Positions 23,642 through 32,021 of a DNA stretch of 36,031 bases are shown in pieces. The notes beneath the pieces were generated by a model. That model made no database searches. It saw only the letters and a list, made by a program, of their open reading frames with translations, and was not told where the DNA came from. The position numbers and the translations under genes were made by a program. This stretch comes from a virus. How positions within the stretch are numbered: the stretch's first letter is position 1; each line of letters opens with the position of its first letter. The DNA is taken from the IMG/VR virus record IMGVR_UViG_3300029893_000039, positions 1-36,031 of that record. The stretch is one strand, 5' to 3'.

Positions 23642-24951
23642 TGAAAATTCTCGTCATCGATCCTTCAGCCCTCGCCCTCGATTTCTGTCTGCGTAGCATG
23701 TCCGAAGGTGCGCAAGTCAGGTGGTTTATCCGCAACAAGCCCGAAGGGCAGATCACAGTGGGTGACGGCCTCGTGCAAAAAGTCCAGCACTGGGAGCAGC
23801 ATATGAACTGGGCAGACCTCGTGTTCCTGCCCGACAACTCGGTCTATATGGCTGACTTGGAAAAATGGCGCCAGCGCGGCTACCCGATCTACGGGGCGAA
23901 CGCATTCACTGCGGAATGGGAACTCGACCGACAGGTGGGCATGGACGTGCTGGAAGCGCATGGCATCAAGCTCATGGAGGGCGAGACGTTTACCAGCTAC
24001 GACAAGGCCATTGCCTATGTGAAGTCCACGATGGGCCGCTATGTTTCCAAGCCGTTCGGGGACGCCGACCGAAGCTTATCCTACGTCAGCAAAGGGCCTG
24101 CGGATATGGTCTATATGCTGGAGAAGTGGAAACGCACGGGCAAACGTGTTCCGGGGTTTATCATGCAGCGGTTCCAGCCCGGTATTGAGATGGCAGTAGG
24201 GGCTTGGGTCGGCCCGCATGGATTCGCGTCGCCGTGGTGCGAGAATTTCGAGCACAAGAAACTGATGAATGATGACTGCGGGCCTAACACGGGCGAGATG
24301 GGCACTGTCGTCTATTACACCGAGAAGTCCAAGCTCGCAGACAAGGTACTTAAGCCGCTGGAAGATTACCTCGTTCGCGCGGGTCATATGGGCTTCGTGG
24401 ACGTTGCCGTTATCATTGACGATAAAGGGACGCCGTGGCCGCTGGAATTCACCATGCGCCCCGGTTGGCCTATCTTCAATATCCAGCAACAACTGCACAG
24501 GAGCACCGCATCATGGATGCTGGAAAGCCTCAACGGAGCGTCAATTTGGACGAACTTCTCGACGGATTCGCCAGCGACGGGCGTCGTAATGGCGATCCCG
24601 GACTTCCCGTACAACCGACTGAGTCGCAAGGAGGTATCGGGGACGCCGATCTACAACTTGGACAAAGTGAGCGCGAACATTCACCCGTGCGAGCTAAAAG
24701 TGGGCAAGGTTCCCGTCGAGGTCGGCCAAAAACTCGTGGAGCAGACGCATCTGGTGAGCGCTGGAACCTACCTGCTGGTGGCAGCAGCAGCCGCGCAGTC
24801 TTTGGCGAAAAGCCGGGAAGCGGCGTATGCGGCCTTGGAGTCGTTGTCGGTGCCGAACTCCCCGATCTACAGAACGGACATTGGCAAGCGCCTGAATACC
24901 CAATTGCCCAAGTTGCAGAAGATGGGCTACGCGACGAGCCTACGCCTGTAG
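23641..24951 (+). CDS. PurD-like ATP-grasp ligase (436 aa), non-canonical N-terminal motif
   Basis: Compared by eye with E. coli PurD, recalled from memory. [23 protein letters not shown] matches [47 protein letters not shown] matches [35 protein letters not shown] matches GVVMAAGGYPG. ...YRTDIG matches ...CRKDIG. The N-terminus [15 protein letters not shown] replaces MKVLVIGNGGREHAL. Confidence 0.75.
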   Translation: [436 protein letters not shown]

Positions 24952-25067
24952 AGGATAAGCCCAACGAGCGTCTGACGCGGCTTGTTGGAAAGTCACTGCG
25001 CAAGCTAGAGCAAATCCTTGATATTGAGCCGTCGCCTTGGGACAGCGACTACGTCAAGTTGCTCGCC

Positions 25068-25232
25068 ATGCAGAAGGACGCGGCAACCAGCGTCATCGGC
25101 ATGAGCATCAAGGCCGATGAGAGCCGCTTCCGCGTACAAAGCGAGTCAGCTATCGTCGCTATTTTGCAGGAGGTTCGGGCGTTGAAGGCACCGACACAGC
25201 CTGCAATCGAGGTTCAAGCGGCTTCCTCCTGA
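25068..25232 (+). CDS. Possible small protein at the 3' end of the late arm (54 aa from ATG 25068; the frame is open from 24951 without a canonical start)
   Basis: The protein-like sequence EDKPNERLTRLVGKSLRKLEQILDIEPSPWDSDYVKLLAMQKDAATSVIGMSIKADESRFRVQSESAIVAILQEVRALKAPTQPAIEVQAASS* begins exactly at the ATP-grasp stop. The only ATG is at 25068, and it has no SD. Confidence 0.3.
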   Translation: MQKDAATSVIGMSIKADESRFRVQSESAIVAILQEVRALKAPTQPAIEVQAASS

Positions 25233-27700
25233 ACTTCGGGCATTTCCATATCCAGCTTTGTCGTGTCAATTTCCACGCATGTGGTCTGCCCCTGCGGGGG
25301 AAGGCCAACAGCCCCGCGTGTGATGGTAATGCGGCGCTCACCGAACATCACGCCAAGCCGTGTCAGCTCGGCGCGGAACTCGCTCCAGTCCATGCGATAG
25401 GTCAACACATACCGGCGCAGCGAGCGCAGGTCGATGAATAGGTGTTTCGTTGCCTTCTCGTAGCGCATCAAATAAGGCGCTTTGGTGTGCGCGATGAGCA
25501 TCACGACGTTCTGGTCATTCGTCTGAATGCAGTGGTCGATGTTGTCGTTGATATAGTGGGTCAGAACCTCCTCAATGGAGATGCCGAACGACCGGGCATG
25601 ACTGCGAGCGGCGACGATCAGCCCTTTGCCAAACTGATAGACCGCGCCCAGGTCAACTTCGAGTTGCAGGCACTTGTTGAGGATCGCGCCCATGGTGACA
25701 GCGGCGGCAACCATGTTCACGCGAATGCGTTCTTCCGTGCTAGCGCGCAAGTCCTCTTGCAACTTGCTCTTGGCCTTCTCCAGCTCACGAGCGATAACCT
25801 CTTGATGATCTACGAGGTACTGTGCCAGCATGTGCCCAGCAGCCCCGGCATTGGCAAGTGTCTCGCGCTTCATGGCGTCACCATCCTGGAACTTGGTGTT
25901 TTCCGGCAGGTACATGCGCATCTCCAGCACGCGGAAGGCTTCGGCCACAGACCCCACATCGAGCAACTTCTCCAGGATGGGCGCATTACTGGAACTGGTC
26001 AGGATAGTGTGCCACTCAGGCGCCATCTCGCGCATGCCGCCTGAGCGATCTAGGCGGCGCTTGTCACGGCCTTCTGATACGTCATAGGCCAGGACGGCGA
26101 GCTTCTCCGCGCTGAGTTTCGTCAGTTCCTCGGCCTGCACTGGAAGGTTGTGCATGATGGACAGGAACACGATGCGGGCGTTCTCCGTGTCCTGCGCCTT
26201 GCTGAACGCTGCTTCGACATTCCCGAACACGCTAGCGACCGCAGCCTGCACCGTGGACTTTCCCTGGCCGGATGGGCCAACAATGGAGAACACGCCACCA
26301 CGCTCGCCCGTCAGGTGCATCAGCACGGCGGCCAGCGACATGACAAAAGCGAACCGCTGCAAGTCGTTGTGCATCAGAGGCTGCACTGCCTGTGACCATG
26401 CCTGCCATGTGCCTTGCAATGGCATATAGCGGGCTAAGTTCGCCGCATGGCTTTCCAGATGGACGTAGTGGGGGTTCTCACCGCGCTTGTAAATGCGGTT
26501 GCCAATCAAGAACGAGCCATCGGGCTGCCATCCAAATTGCTTATAGCTTTGCATCACTTTCTGATCCTTCTCTAGTTTTTCCTTGCTGGATATGAGAAAC
26601 TGCTTTACCGCAGCCAACTTGCGCCCCGTGCAGGAAATGCCGATGTTGTTAAGCCAGACCTCGCAGTCCTTGGCAATCTGTTGCATGGTCAGCAGATGCT
26701 TGCTCTCTGTGCCGTTGCGAACTGTTACCTCGATGTACCGCTGTTCCTGAACACCTGGAAGTCGGACGACGTTGGTCACGGCCACGGCGTAGTCGAGCAA
26801 ATCTGACCAGCTCTCGCCATCTTCGGTGCCGACGGCCATCTGCAACTTTCCGCCCCGCAGCCGGAACCCTCCTGGCATGAACTCGTTCAGCCCTTCGGTT
26901 TCCTTGACGATAGGCTCTGGCTCGATGCCTGCGCGCTCCTTCTTGCGCAATATGTCCAGCACTTCCTGCTCATCCAGCGGCGGGTGGCAGTGGGCGACGT
27001 TGAATGCTAGTAGTTCGCGCTCAAGATCGTCTCCCTTCGCTCCGCTTTTAATCATCGCGTAGGCGGCGTTGCTGACATAGGTGTTGCGCCCACCTTGGGC
27101 GTGCATGCCAAGGGCCGCAGCGGCCAGCGATGAGGGTTTGACAGGCTGGTTACGCGGGGTAGCGCGTATCATGTCCAGCAGCCGCGCCGGGAACACGGGC
27201 AAGTCCCCCAGCGGCTGCAAGCCATTCAGCCAGTGGTATTCCCACTCGTCGCCAGCATCGTCCACAACGCGGCTGGGCGGCAGGACATCCTGACCACCGG
27301 CTGCGCGCAGCTCGAACCCATGCGCATGCAAAGGGATCGTGCGCAGACCCTCCGGGGCGCGGAACAACGCCTTCCAGCGGTTCGGGCGCCCGCTCGTCCA
27401 GCGCGGGACGCTCGTCTTGATCGTCTCCAGCGTAGATTCTGACAGCCCTTGCTGCGCCCACCAAGCCAGAAACCTCGGCTCGTCATCTACATCTAGACAG
27501 CATGTTCCGCTCAGGCCGTGGTTGATGCCGACGTTACCCGCATGCAGTTTCCCCAGATCGGTGCATCCTTTCCTCAGCCATCCTGATGTTCTTGGCCCCT
27601 TAGTGTGGGCCGGTATGGCGACAAGAGCCATACCCATTTGTAGGTATTGTTCGATCATGGTCGTAGTGGATGGGGGCGAGAACCCCCATCTTAGACTCAT
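25214..27700 (-). CDS. Primase-polymerase (AEP prim-pol N-domain) / P-loop helicase fusion (828 aa)
   Basis: The N-terminus LVAIPAHTKGPRTSGW...GINHGLSGTCCLDVDD is prim-pol-like. There is a Walker A motif IVGPSGQGKST. It overlaps the upstream gene as ATGA. Confidence 0.8.
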   Translation of the reverse strand: MSLRWGFSPPSTTTMIEQYLQMGMALVAIPAHTKGPRTSGWLRKGCTDLGKLHAGNVGINHGLSGTCCLDVDDEPRFLAWWAQQGLSESTLETIKTSVPRWTSGRPNRWKALFRAPEGLRTIPLHAHGFELRAAGGQDVLPPSRVVDDAGDEWEYHWLNGLQPLGDLPVFPARLLDMIRATPRNQPVKPSSLAAAALGMHAQGGRNTYVSNAAYAMIKSGAKGDDLERELLAFNVAHCHPPLDEQEVLDILRKKERAGIEPEPIVKETEGLNEFMPGGFRLRGGKLQMAVGTEDGESWSDLLDYAVAVTNVVRLPGVQEQRYIEVTVRNGTESKHLLTMQQIAKDCEVWLNNIGISCTGRKLAAVKQFLISSKEKLEKDQKVMQSYKQFGWQPDGSFLIGNRIYKRGENPHYVHLESHAANLARYMPLQGTWQAWSQAVQPLMHNDLQRFAFVMSLAAVLMHLTGERGGVFSIVGPSGQGKSTVQAAVASVFGNVEAAFSKAQDTENARIVFLSIMHNLPVQAEELTKLSAEKLAVLAYDVSEGRDKRRLDRSGGMREMAPEWHTILTSSSNAPILEKLLDVGSVAEAFRVLEMRMYLPENTKFQDGDAMKRETLANAGAAGHMLAQYLVDHQEVIARELEKAKSKLQEDLRASTEERIRVNMVAAAVTMGAILNKCLQLEVDLGAVYQFGKGLIVAARSHARSFGISIEEVLTHYINDNIDHCIQTNDQNVVMLIAHTKAPYLMRYEKATKHLFIDLRSLRRYVLTYRMDWSEFRAELTRLGVMFGERRITITRGAVGLPPQGQTTCVEIDTTKLDMEMPEVQEEAA

Positions 27701-28530
27701 GCAATGCCGTCAAGCAAACTGTCCAAATCGACTGCATGAGAGGCCTTGGGCTTGGTAACTGCCTTCGGCTCGGGGGTCGGTGCACGCTCTACTTCGACAG
27801 CCTCTACAGGCACGGGAGCCCGGATGATCGGTGCGCCCATGCCAACGGCAGCCAGCGCACTCTCCGACGCCCGCAAGCCGTCCGCCGCCGCGCGTTCGTC
27901 ATCCTTGAGCGCCCGTGCGACCGAGAACAGGACGTGCGGATAGGTGGCCTTGTCGTCGAACTGGGCGTCGATGACAATACCGTCAAGGTCGATGCCTTGC
28001 GCCATCACATCGCGCTTGATGAAGTCGACAAAACTCATCATATTTGTGGGCGCCAGACGCCAAGCATAAATCTCGCCCGGGTTGCCGACAAACATGATGG
28101 CGATGCGCTTGGAGTCCTTGCACCGCTTGTTCTTCTTGCCCGTCATGGGGTTGAGCTCACTCCCCCACACGTTGTGCTCGCAGTTCTGGCACGACTCAGA
28201 CTGCTTTGCCTGCGCGTCGGGGTGTGGACGCAAGCCGTCATCCGAAAAGCAGTCCGGCGCAGCAGGTTCAACGTCGGGGTCGTACTTTTTCAAGTAGAAG
28301 GTCTTGGACTTCGCCGGGTTGGCGCTGACCAGGGCGAACTGGATGTTGAACGTGTTGAGAACCTGCTCATCCTCGCCCCCGGTGGGCTTCAACCGCCAGC
28401 GGGCGGCCTTGATGCCGACTTCGGGGAACATGCGCCCCTCGCCAGTGACGCCTCCAAGTGCAGCCATCGTCATGGCACTCGGTACTCTGACAGTCGGCAG
28501 GTTCTGGTTCTTCACAGTGATGTTGCTCAT
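27697..28530 (-). CDS. Putative ssDNA-binding / annealing protein with a zinc-ribbon-like Cys motif (277 aa)
   Basis: It contains CFSDDG...SCQNCEHNVWGS...KRCKD and a C-terminal tail ...VDLDSLLDGIA. The assignment is positional and weak. Confidence 0.35.
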   Translation of the reverse strand: MSNITVKNQNLPTVRVPSAMTMAALGGVTGEGRMFPEVGIKAARWRLKPTGGEDEQVLNTFNIQFALVSANPAKSKTFYLKKYDPDVEPAAPDCFSDDGLRPHPDAQAKQSESCQNCEHNVWGSELNPMTGKKNKRCKDSKRIAIMFVGNPGEIYAWRLAPTNMMSFVDFIKRDVMAQGIDLDGIVIDAQFDDKATYPHVLFSVARALKDDERAAADGLRASESALAAVGMGAPIIRAPVPVEAVEVERAPTPEPKAVTKPKASHAVDLDSLLDGIA

Positions 28531-28724
28531 TTCTTCGTTCCTTTCGCGGTTTCGAGTATGCGGCGTTTAGCCGCGACTTGGCTCAGCACAAGCTGGCCTT
28601 TCCCGGCGATTTGTGTGCAATGCACTTCATCGCCAGAAATTTCCTTGACCTTGACGCGGCCCATGGTCATCGTGTTGATGACGGTGCCCACTTTCAAGTC
28701 GAATGTCACAACGTAGTTTGTCAT
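28527..28724 (-). CDS. Hypothetical protein (65 aa)
   Basis: Track ORF with ATGA overlaps on both sides. Confidence 0.55.
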   Translation of the reverse strand: MTNYVVTFDLKVGTVINTMTMGRVKVKEISGDEVHCTQIAGKGQLVLSQVAAKRRILETAKGTKK

Positions 28725-29065
28725 TTGATGGTCAGTACGAATGTAGATTGCACCTCAGTGCCCGGTATTGCCTCGTTATCGTCAATCAGCCGCAGGGCTT
28801 CCGATGTGTCGATGCTGCGCTTGACGAGCGCGGGGTTCTGGGTGGCAAACGTGTCGAACGCATCCCAATCCACTACGCGCACGGTGCGCCGCAGGCTGGT
28901 GATGGCGTGCCCAGCTTCGGTCTTGGCTGACTTTAGCCCAGCGCCTTCTAACGCAAGCTGTATCTGTTGAGACAGCTCAGACATGCGGGACTTGAGGAGC
29001 GCATCTACCTTATCGCGCTCGTCGCGAACAGCCTTGTATTGCTCAATCAGGTTATTGAGTTCCAT
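28721..29065 (-). CDS. Hypothetical coiled-coil protein (114 aa)
   Basis: Track ORF that overlaps the SNF2 3' end by 14 nt. Confidence 0.55.
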   Translation of the reverse strand: MELNNLIEQYKAVRDERDKVDALLKSRMSELSQQIQLALEGAGLKSAKTEAGHAITSLRRTVRVVDWDAFDTFATQNPALVKRSIDTSEALRLIDDNEAIPGTEVQSTFVLTIK

Positions 29066-30626
29066 AACTTTCTCCGTTTACCCACGCCATAACTAAGTTT
29101 TGTAGGGACTGGCGTGCTTGGTTCCTACTGTAGATTGCATGCTCGATGGGGTCAACATAAAGATGCAAAATTCTGCTGTGGGATGTCTGCGAGGGGCGCT
29201 GAATGCGTGCGTTGGCCTGAACATAGGAGTCGCCCCCGTCAGCGGGCGAGTACCACACGATCGTGTTCGCCGCTGTGAGTGTCAGGCCGTGGCTCATCGT
29301 GCGCGGGTCTGCGACTAGCACGCGGGGGTCAGCTTCCTGCTGGAATGCCTTGAACGCCTGTGCGCGCTCTGCAAGCGGTGTCTCGCCGGTGATGACCTGC
29401 ACGCTGTAGTCCTTGCGCAAAGCGTCAGCCACACGTTTGACGACACTACTGAACGACGCAAACACAATAACCTTGCGGTCACACTCGTCGAGCACGTCCT
29501 TGAGGAGTGCCATGCGTGTGCTGGCGTCTACGTCATGGGCGACATGCTCTTTGTCGTACACGGCGCCCGCGAGGATTTGAAGTACCTTGAGTCGCAGCGC
29601 GCCCTCATGCACGGCAGTAATCTGCACGCCGCTACTTAGCACGAGCTGCATCTTCTTGCGCAGGCCGTCAAGCGCCGCCCGCTGCGCCGTCGTCATCTCG
29701 GCTTTGCGGAATTCATAGGTCGTGGGCGGCAAGTCGATGCACTCGTCACGCCGGAACCGGATAGCGGGCTGCATGAACTCACCCACGATCTTGTCTGAGT
29801 CACCCACAGGAACCCACTTGAATGCCGTCACTTGGCGCATGACCGTGTTGCGCCACGCACGGTTACTCATTGATGGCTTGACGATCAGCGCCTGCTGCCC
29901 CCATGCGTCGGTGGGCTCCTGCGGCGTAGGCGTACCCGTGTTGAGCCACACGAGCGGGTTGCCAAGGTCACGAATGGTGTTGCGGAGTGCCTTCCACCGC
30001 GCCGTGCTGGGATGGCGGTACTTGTGGCTTTCATCCACAATGATGAGCCCTATATCCCCCCGCCGAACGAGTGCCTCACGGACTGCATCAATCGTAAGCC
30101 CCTCGTTGTTGATAATGTAGTAGTCAGCATCCTGCTCTATGGCGGCCAAGCGTTGCTTGACACTTCCGTGCAGCACACTCGACCGCCTGCGGCCTGGCAA
30201 GTGCTCGCCGATGGCGTCTCGCCAGACGCTGTAGACAGTGGTCAGCGGCGCAACAATCAACACGCGCTTGACAACGTGCAGCCCCAGCAGAAAGTCACTC
30301 GCCCACAAGTTGCCGAGTGTCTTGCCGGTTCCTGGCTCACTCAGGTTGTGGCATCGCACATGCGTGGTCAGGAACCGGCACATCTCCACTTGGTGTGCCA
30401 TAGGCTTATCGATGGCCGGGCTGCGCGGCCAGTCATAACTCGTCTCGATAGGCGACTTGACCGGCAACCCAATACCCGCAGCGGCGATCTGTGCAATGAG
30501 GTTGACCGGCGCCACAACGGTGCCCATCACCACACGCGCGCCAGGGATGGCCTGCGCCACACGGTCGGGGTCAGGCAGGCCCGGCCAGCCAACCGAGTTA
30601 TGCTTTTGGCTGTAGAGCAATTGCAT
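29052..30626 (-). CDS. SNF2/RAD54-family helicase (about 524 aa)
   Basis: It contains LSEPGTGKT, the DExH box IIVDESHKYRH, and the C-terminal motifs LVADPRTMSHGLTLTAANTIVWYSP...QANARIQRPSQ. The start chosen is ATG 30626 (GGGAGA 6 nt upstream). The track start at 30698 is possible. Confidence 0.8.
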   Translation of the reverse strand: MQLLYSQKHNSVGWPGLPDPDRVAQAIPGARVVMGTVVAPVNLIAQIAAAGIGLPVKSPIETSYDWPRSPAIDKPMAHQVEMCRFLTTHVRCHNLSEPGTGKTLGNLWASDFLLGLHVVKRVLIVAPLTTVYSVWRDAIGEHLPGRRRSSVLHGSVKQRLAAIEQDADYYIINNEGLTIDAVREALVRRGDIGLIIVDESHKYRHPSTARWKALRNTIRDLGNPLVWLNTGTPTPQEPTDAWGQQALIVKPSMSNRAWRNTVMRQVTAFKWVPVGDSDKIVGEFMQPAIRFRRDECIDLPPTTYEFRKAEMTTAQRAALDGLRKKMQLVLSSGVQITAVHEGALRLKVLQILAGAVYDKEHVAHDVDASTRMALLKDVLDECDRKVIVFASFSSVVKRVADALRKDYSVQVITGETPLAERAQAFKAFQQEADPRVLVADPRTMSHGLTLTAANTIVWYSPADGGDSYVQANARIQRPSQTSHSRILHLYVDPIEHAIYSRNQARQSLQNLVMAWVNGESYGTQ

Positions 30627-30894
30627 CAAGCATCTCCCGTACTGTGCTGGCACTGCGCGCCACGGATACCACGCCGCGCGCGTCGAGAATGGCGTCAATC
30701 TCGCGCTCCTGGTTGGGCGTAAGAATTCCCGTCTCGCTCTTTGCCTCTACGGCGAAGAACTGGCCCTTGTAGCAACCAATAAAGTCCGGTATCCCAGCGC
30801 GCCCATAGCCGTTCATGCTGGGCATGAAGTACCAGCAACCATATTCCTTGAGGACACGCTTAATGGCATCCTTCACTTTCGCCTCGGGGGTCAT
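30598..30894 (-). CDS. VRR-NUC domain nuclease (98 aa)
   Basis: It contains ...GRAGIPDFIGCYKGQFFAVEAKSETGILTPNQ... (PD...ExK). Track ORF trimmed to ATG 30894 (RBS GGAG, ATGA overlap). Confidence 0.7.
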   Translation of the reverse strand: MTPEAKVKDAIKRVLKEYGCWYFMPSMNGYGRAGIPDFIGCYKGQFFAVEAKSETGILTPNQEREIDAILDARGVVSVARSASTVREMLDAIALQPKA

Positions 30895-31106
30895 TGCACG
30901 GATACTCCGACGCCTTCCTTGACAGCCGTGATAGCGCCTTCCAAGAGCTGCACCATCATCTCGTTGACCTTCTCGCCACTGGCGTTGCATCGCACGCTCA
31001 GGCGTCCGTTGCCGTGGTAATCCACAACGACCGTCACGAGGGGACGCTCAACGTCATCGGATATGGTTTGCGCCGGTGTGGCCGGGATCAGACTGTTCAG
31101 GCTCAT
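30891..31106 (-). CDS. Hypothetical protein (71 aa)
   Basis: Track ORF trimmed to ATG 31106 (RBS AAGGAG, ATGA overlap). Confidence 0.55.
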   Translation of the reverse strand: MSLNSLIPATPAQTISDDVERPLVTVVVDYHGNGRLSVRCNASGEKVNEMMVQLLEGAITAVKEGVGVSVQ

Positions 31107-31753
31107 ACGATCTCCTTGGGGTAGAACTTGCACTTGTGGGCGCTGCACCAGTTGCACAGCGGTGTGGGCTTCGGTGCCCACCGGTCATCTGCTTCGATCT
31201 GCGCGATAAGCCGCGCGATTTCGGCTTGCACTGCGGCGACGTTGCACCGCTCATATTCGGTTTGCTTGCCGATCTTGCCCGTGGTCAGATAGACGTTGAA
31301 GCTGGTCAGCTTCTCGACATCGGGGAATGCCGCGAACACGGCAACTGCATAGCAGTCATGCTGCAACGAATCCTCGCGGGGCTTGCCGGTTTTCCAGTCC
31401 ATGACCACGGCGCGCTTACCATCGTCGCTTATCAGCAGAACATCCAGCTTGGCAATAAAGCCCTTGGCTGGGCGCGTCAACGAGAATGCGAACTTCTCGG
31501 TCAAGTAGATGGTCTGCTCGATGCGGGCATTCTTGATCCTGTCACGAACGGAGGAGATGGAAGTCTCATAAACCTCCATGTGCTTAGGCAGCGGCTGGCG
31601 CTGCTTCAACGCTGTCTCAATGGCCTCGTGAACTTCGGTTCCCGCAGCGGCTTCCTTGCCCTGGTACGGTAGCGTGTCCTTGGCCTTGTATTTGCGGAAG
31701 AACTGCTGCGGGCAGTTGCGGTAGCAGTTGAGGCTGCTGTAGGAATAGATCAC
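31103..31753 (-). CDS. Cas4/RecB-like PD-(D/E)XK exonuclease with an Fe-S Cys cluster (216 aa)
   Basis: It contains an N-terminal NCYRNCP, then KLDVLLISDDGKRAVVMDWKTGKP and LQHDCYAVAV (QhxxY), and a C-terminal CNWCSAHKC. Confidence 0.75.
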   Translation of the reverse strand: MIYSYSSLNCYRNCPQQFFRKYKAKDTLPYQGKEAAAGTEVHEAIETALKQRQPLPKHMEVYETSISSVRDRIKNARIEQTIYLTEKFAFSLTRPAKGFIAKLDVLLISDDGKRAVVMDWKTGKPREDSLQHDCYAVAVFAAFPDVEKLTSFNVYLTTGKIGKQTEYERCNVAAVQAEIARLIAQIEADDRWAPKPTPLCNWCSAHKCKFYPKEIV

Positions 31754-31968
31754 TGCTGCTCCTTTTTCTGCTCGGCTATTGCCTTGCGGTAGGCATCCAG
31801 GGCGACGCGAAGGTCATCGCGTAGCTGCTTGTTCTCGGCATAGACCTCTTTCGCAAACTTCGCCAGTGTCTGCTGTGACCAAGACTCAAAATTCTGACCG
31901 TCCATCAGCTCGTCCTCAGGGCTATAAAAACCAACAGTCCAACGATCATCGGCAATGACCCAAGTCAT
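31750..31968 (-). CDS. Hypothetical protein (72 aa)
   Basis: Track ORF 31750..32154 trimmed to ATG 31968 (MTWVIADDRW...). The upstream part overlaps the polymerase 3' end. Confidence 0.5.
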   Translation of the reverse strand: MTWVIADDRWTVGFYSPEDELMDGQNFESWSQQTLAKFAKEVYAENKQLRDDLRVALDAYRKAIAEQKKEQQ

Positions 31969-32021
31969 GCATAGCTGACCGCGAACGCCACCAGCGTAAT
32001 AATCCAGAATACGCCGCTCAT
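31965..32021 (-). CDS. 18-aa hydrophobic micro-ORF coupling the polymerase to the next gene, speculative
   Basis: AAGGAG lies 8 nt upstream. It reads MSGVFWIITLVAFAVSYA*. There are ATGA overlaps at both ends. Confidence 0.3.
   Translation of the reverse strand: MSGVFWIITLVAFAVSYA

Noticed and set aside
24435-24950. The 5' two-thirds of track ORF 24435..25232, which overlaps the ATP-grasp gene.
   Set aside because: It is an off-frame reading of a clearly PurD-like gene, with Gly/Arg/Pro/Ser-rich composition. Only the part downstream of 24951 looks protein-like, and that part is reported separately.
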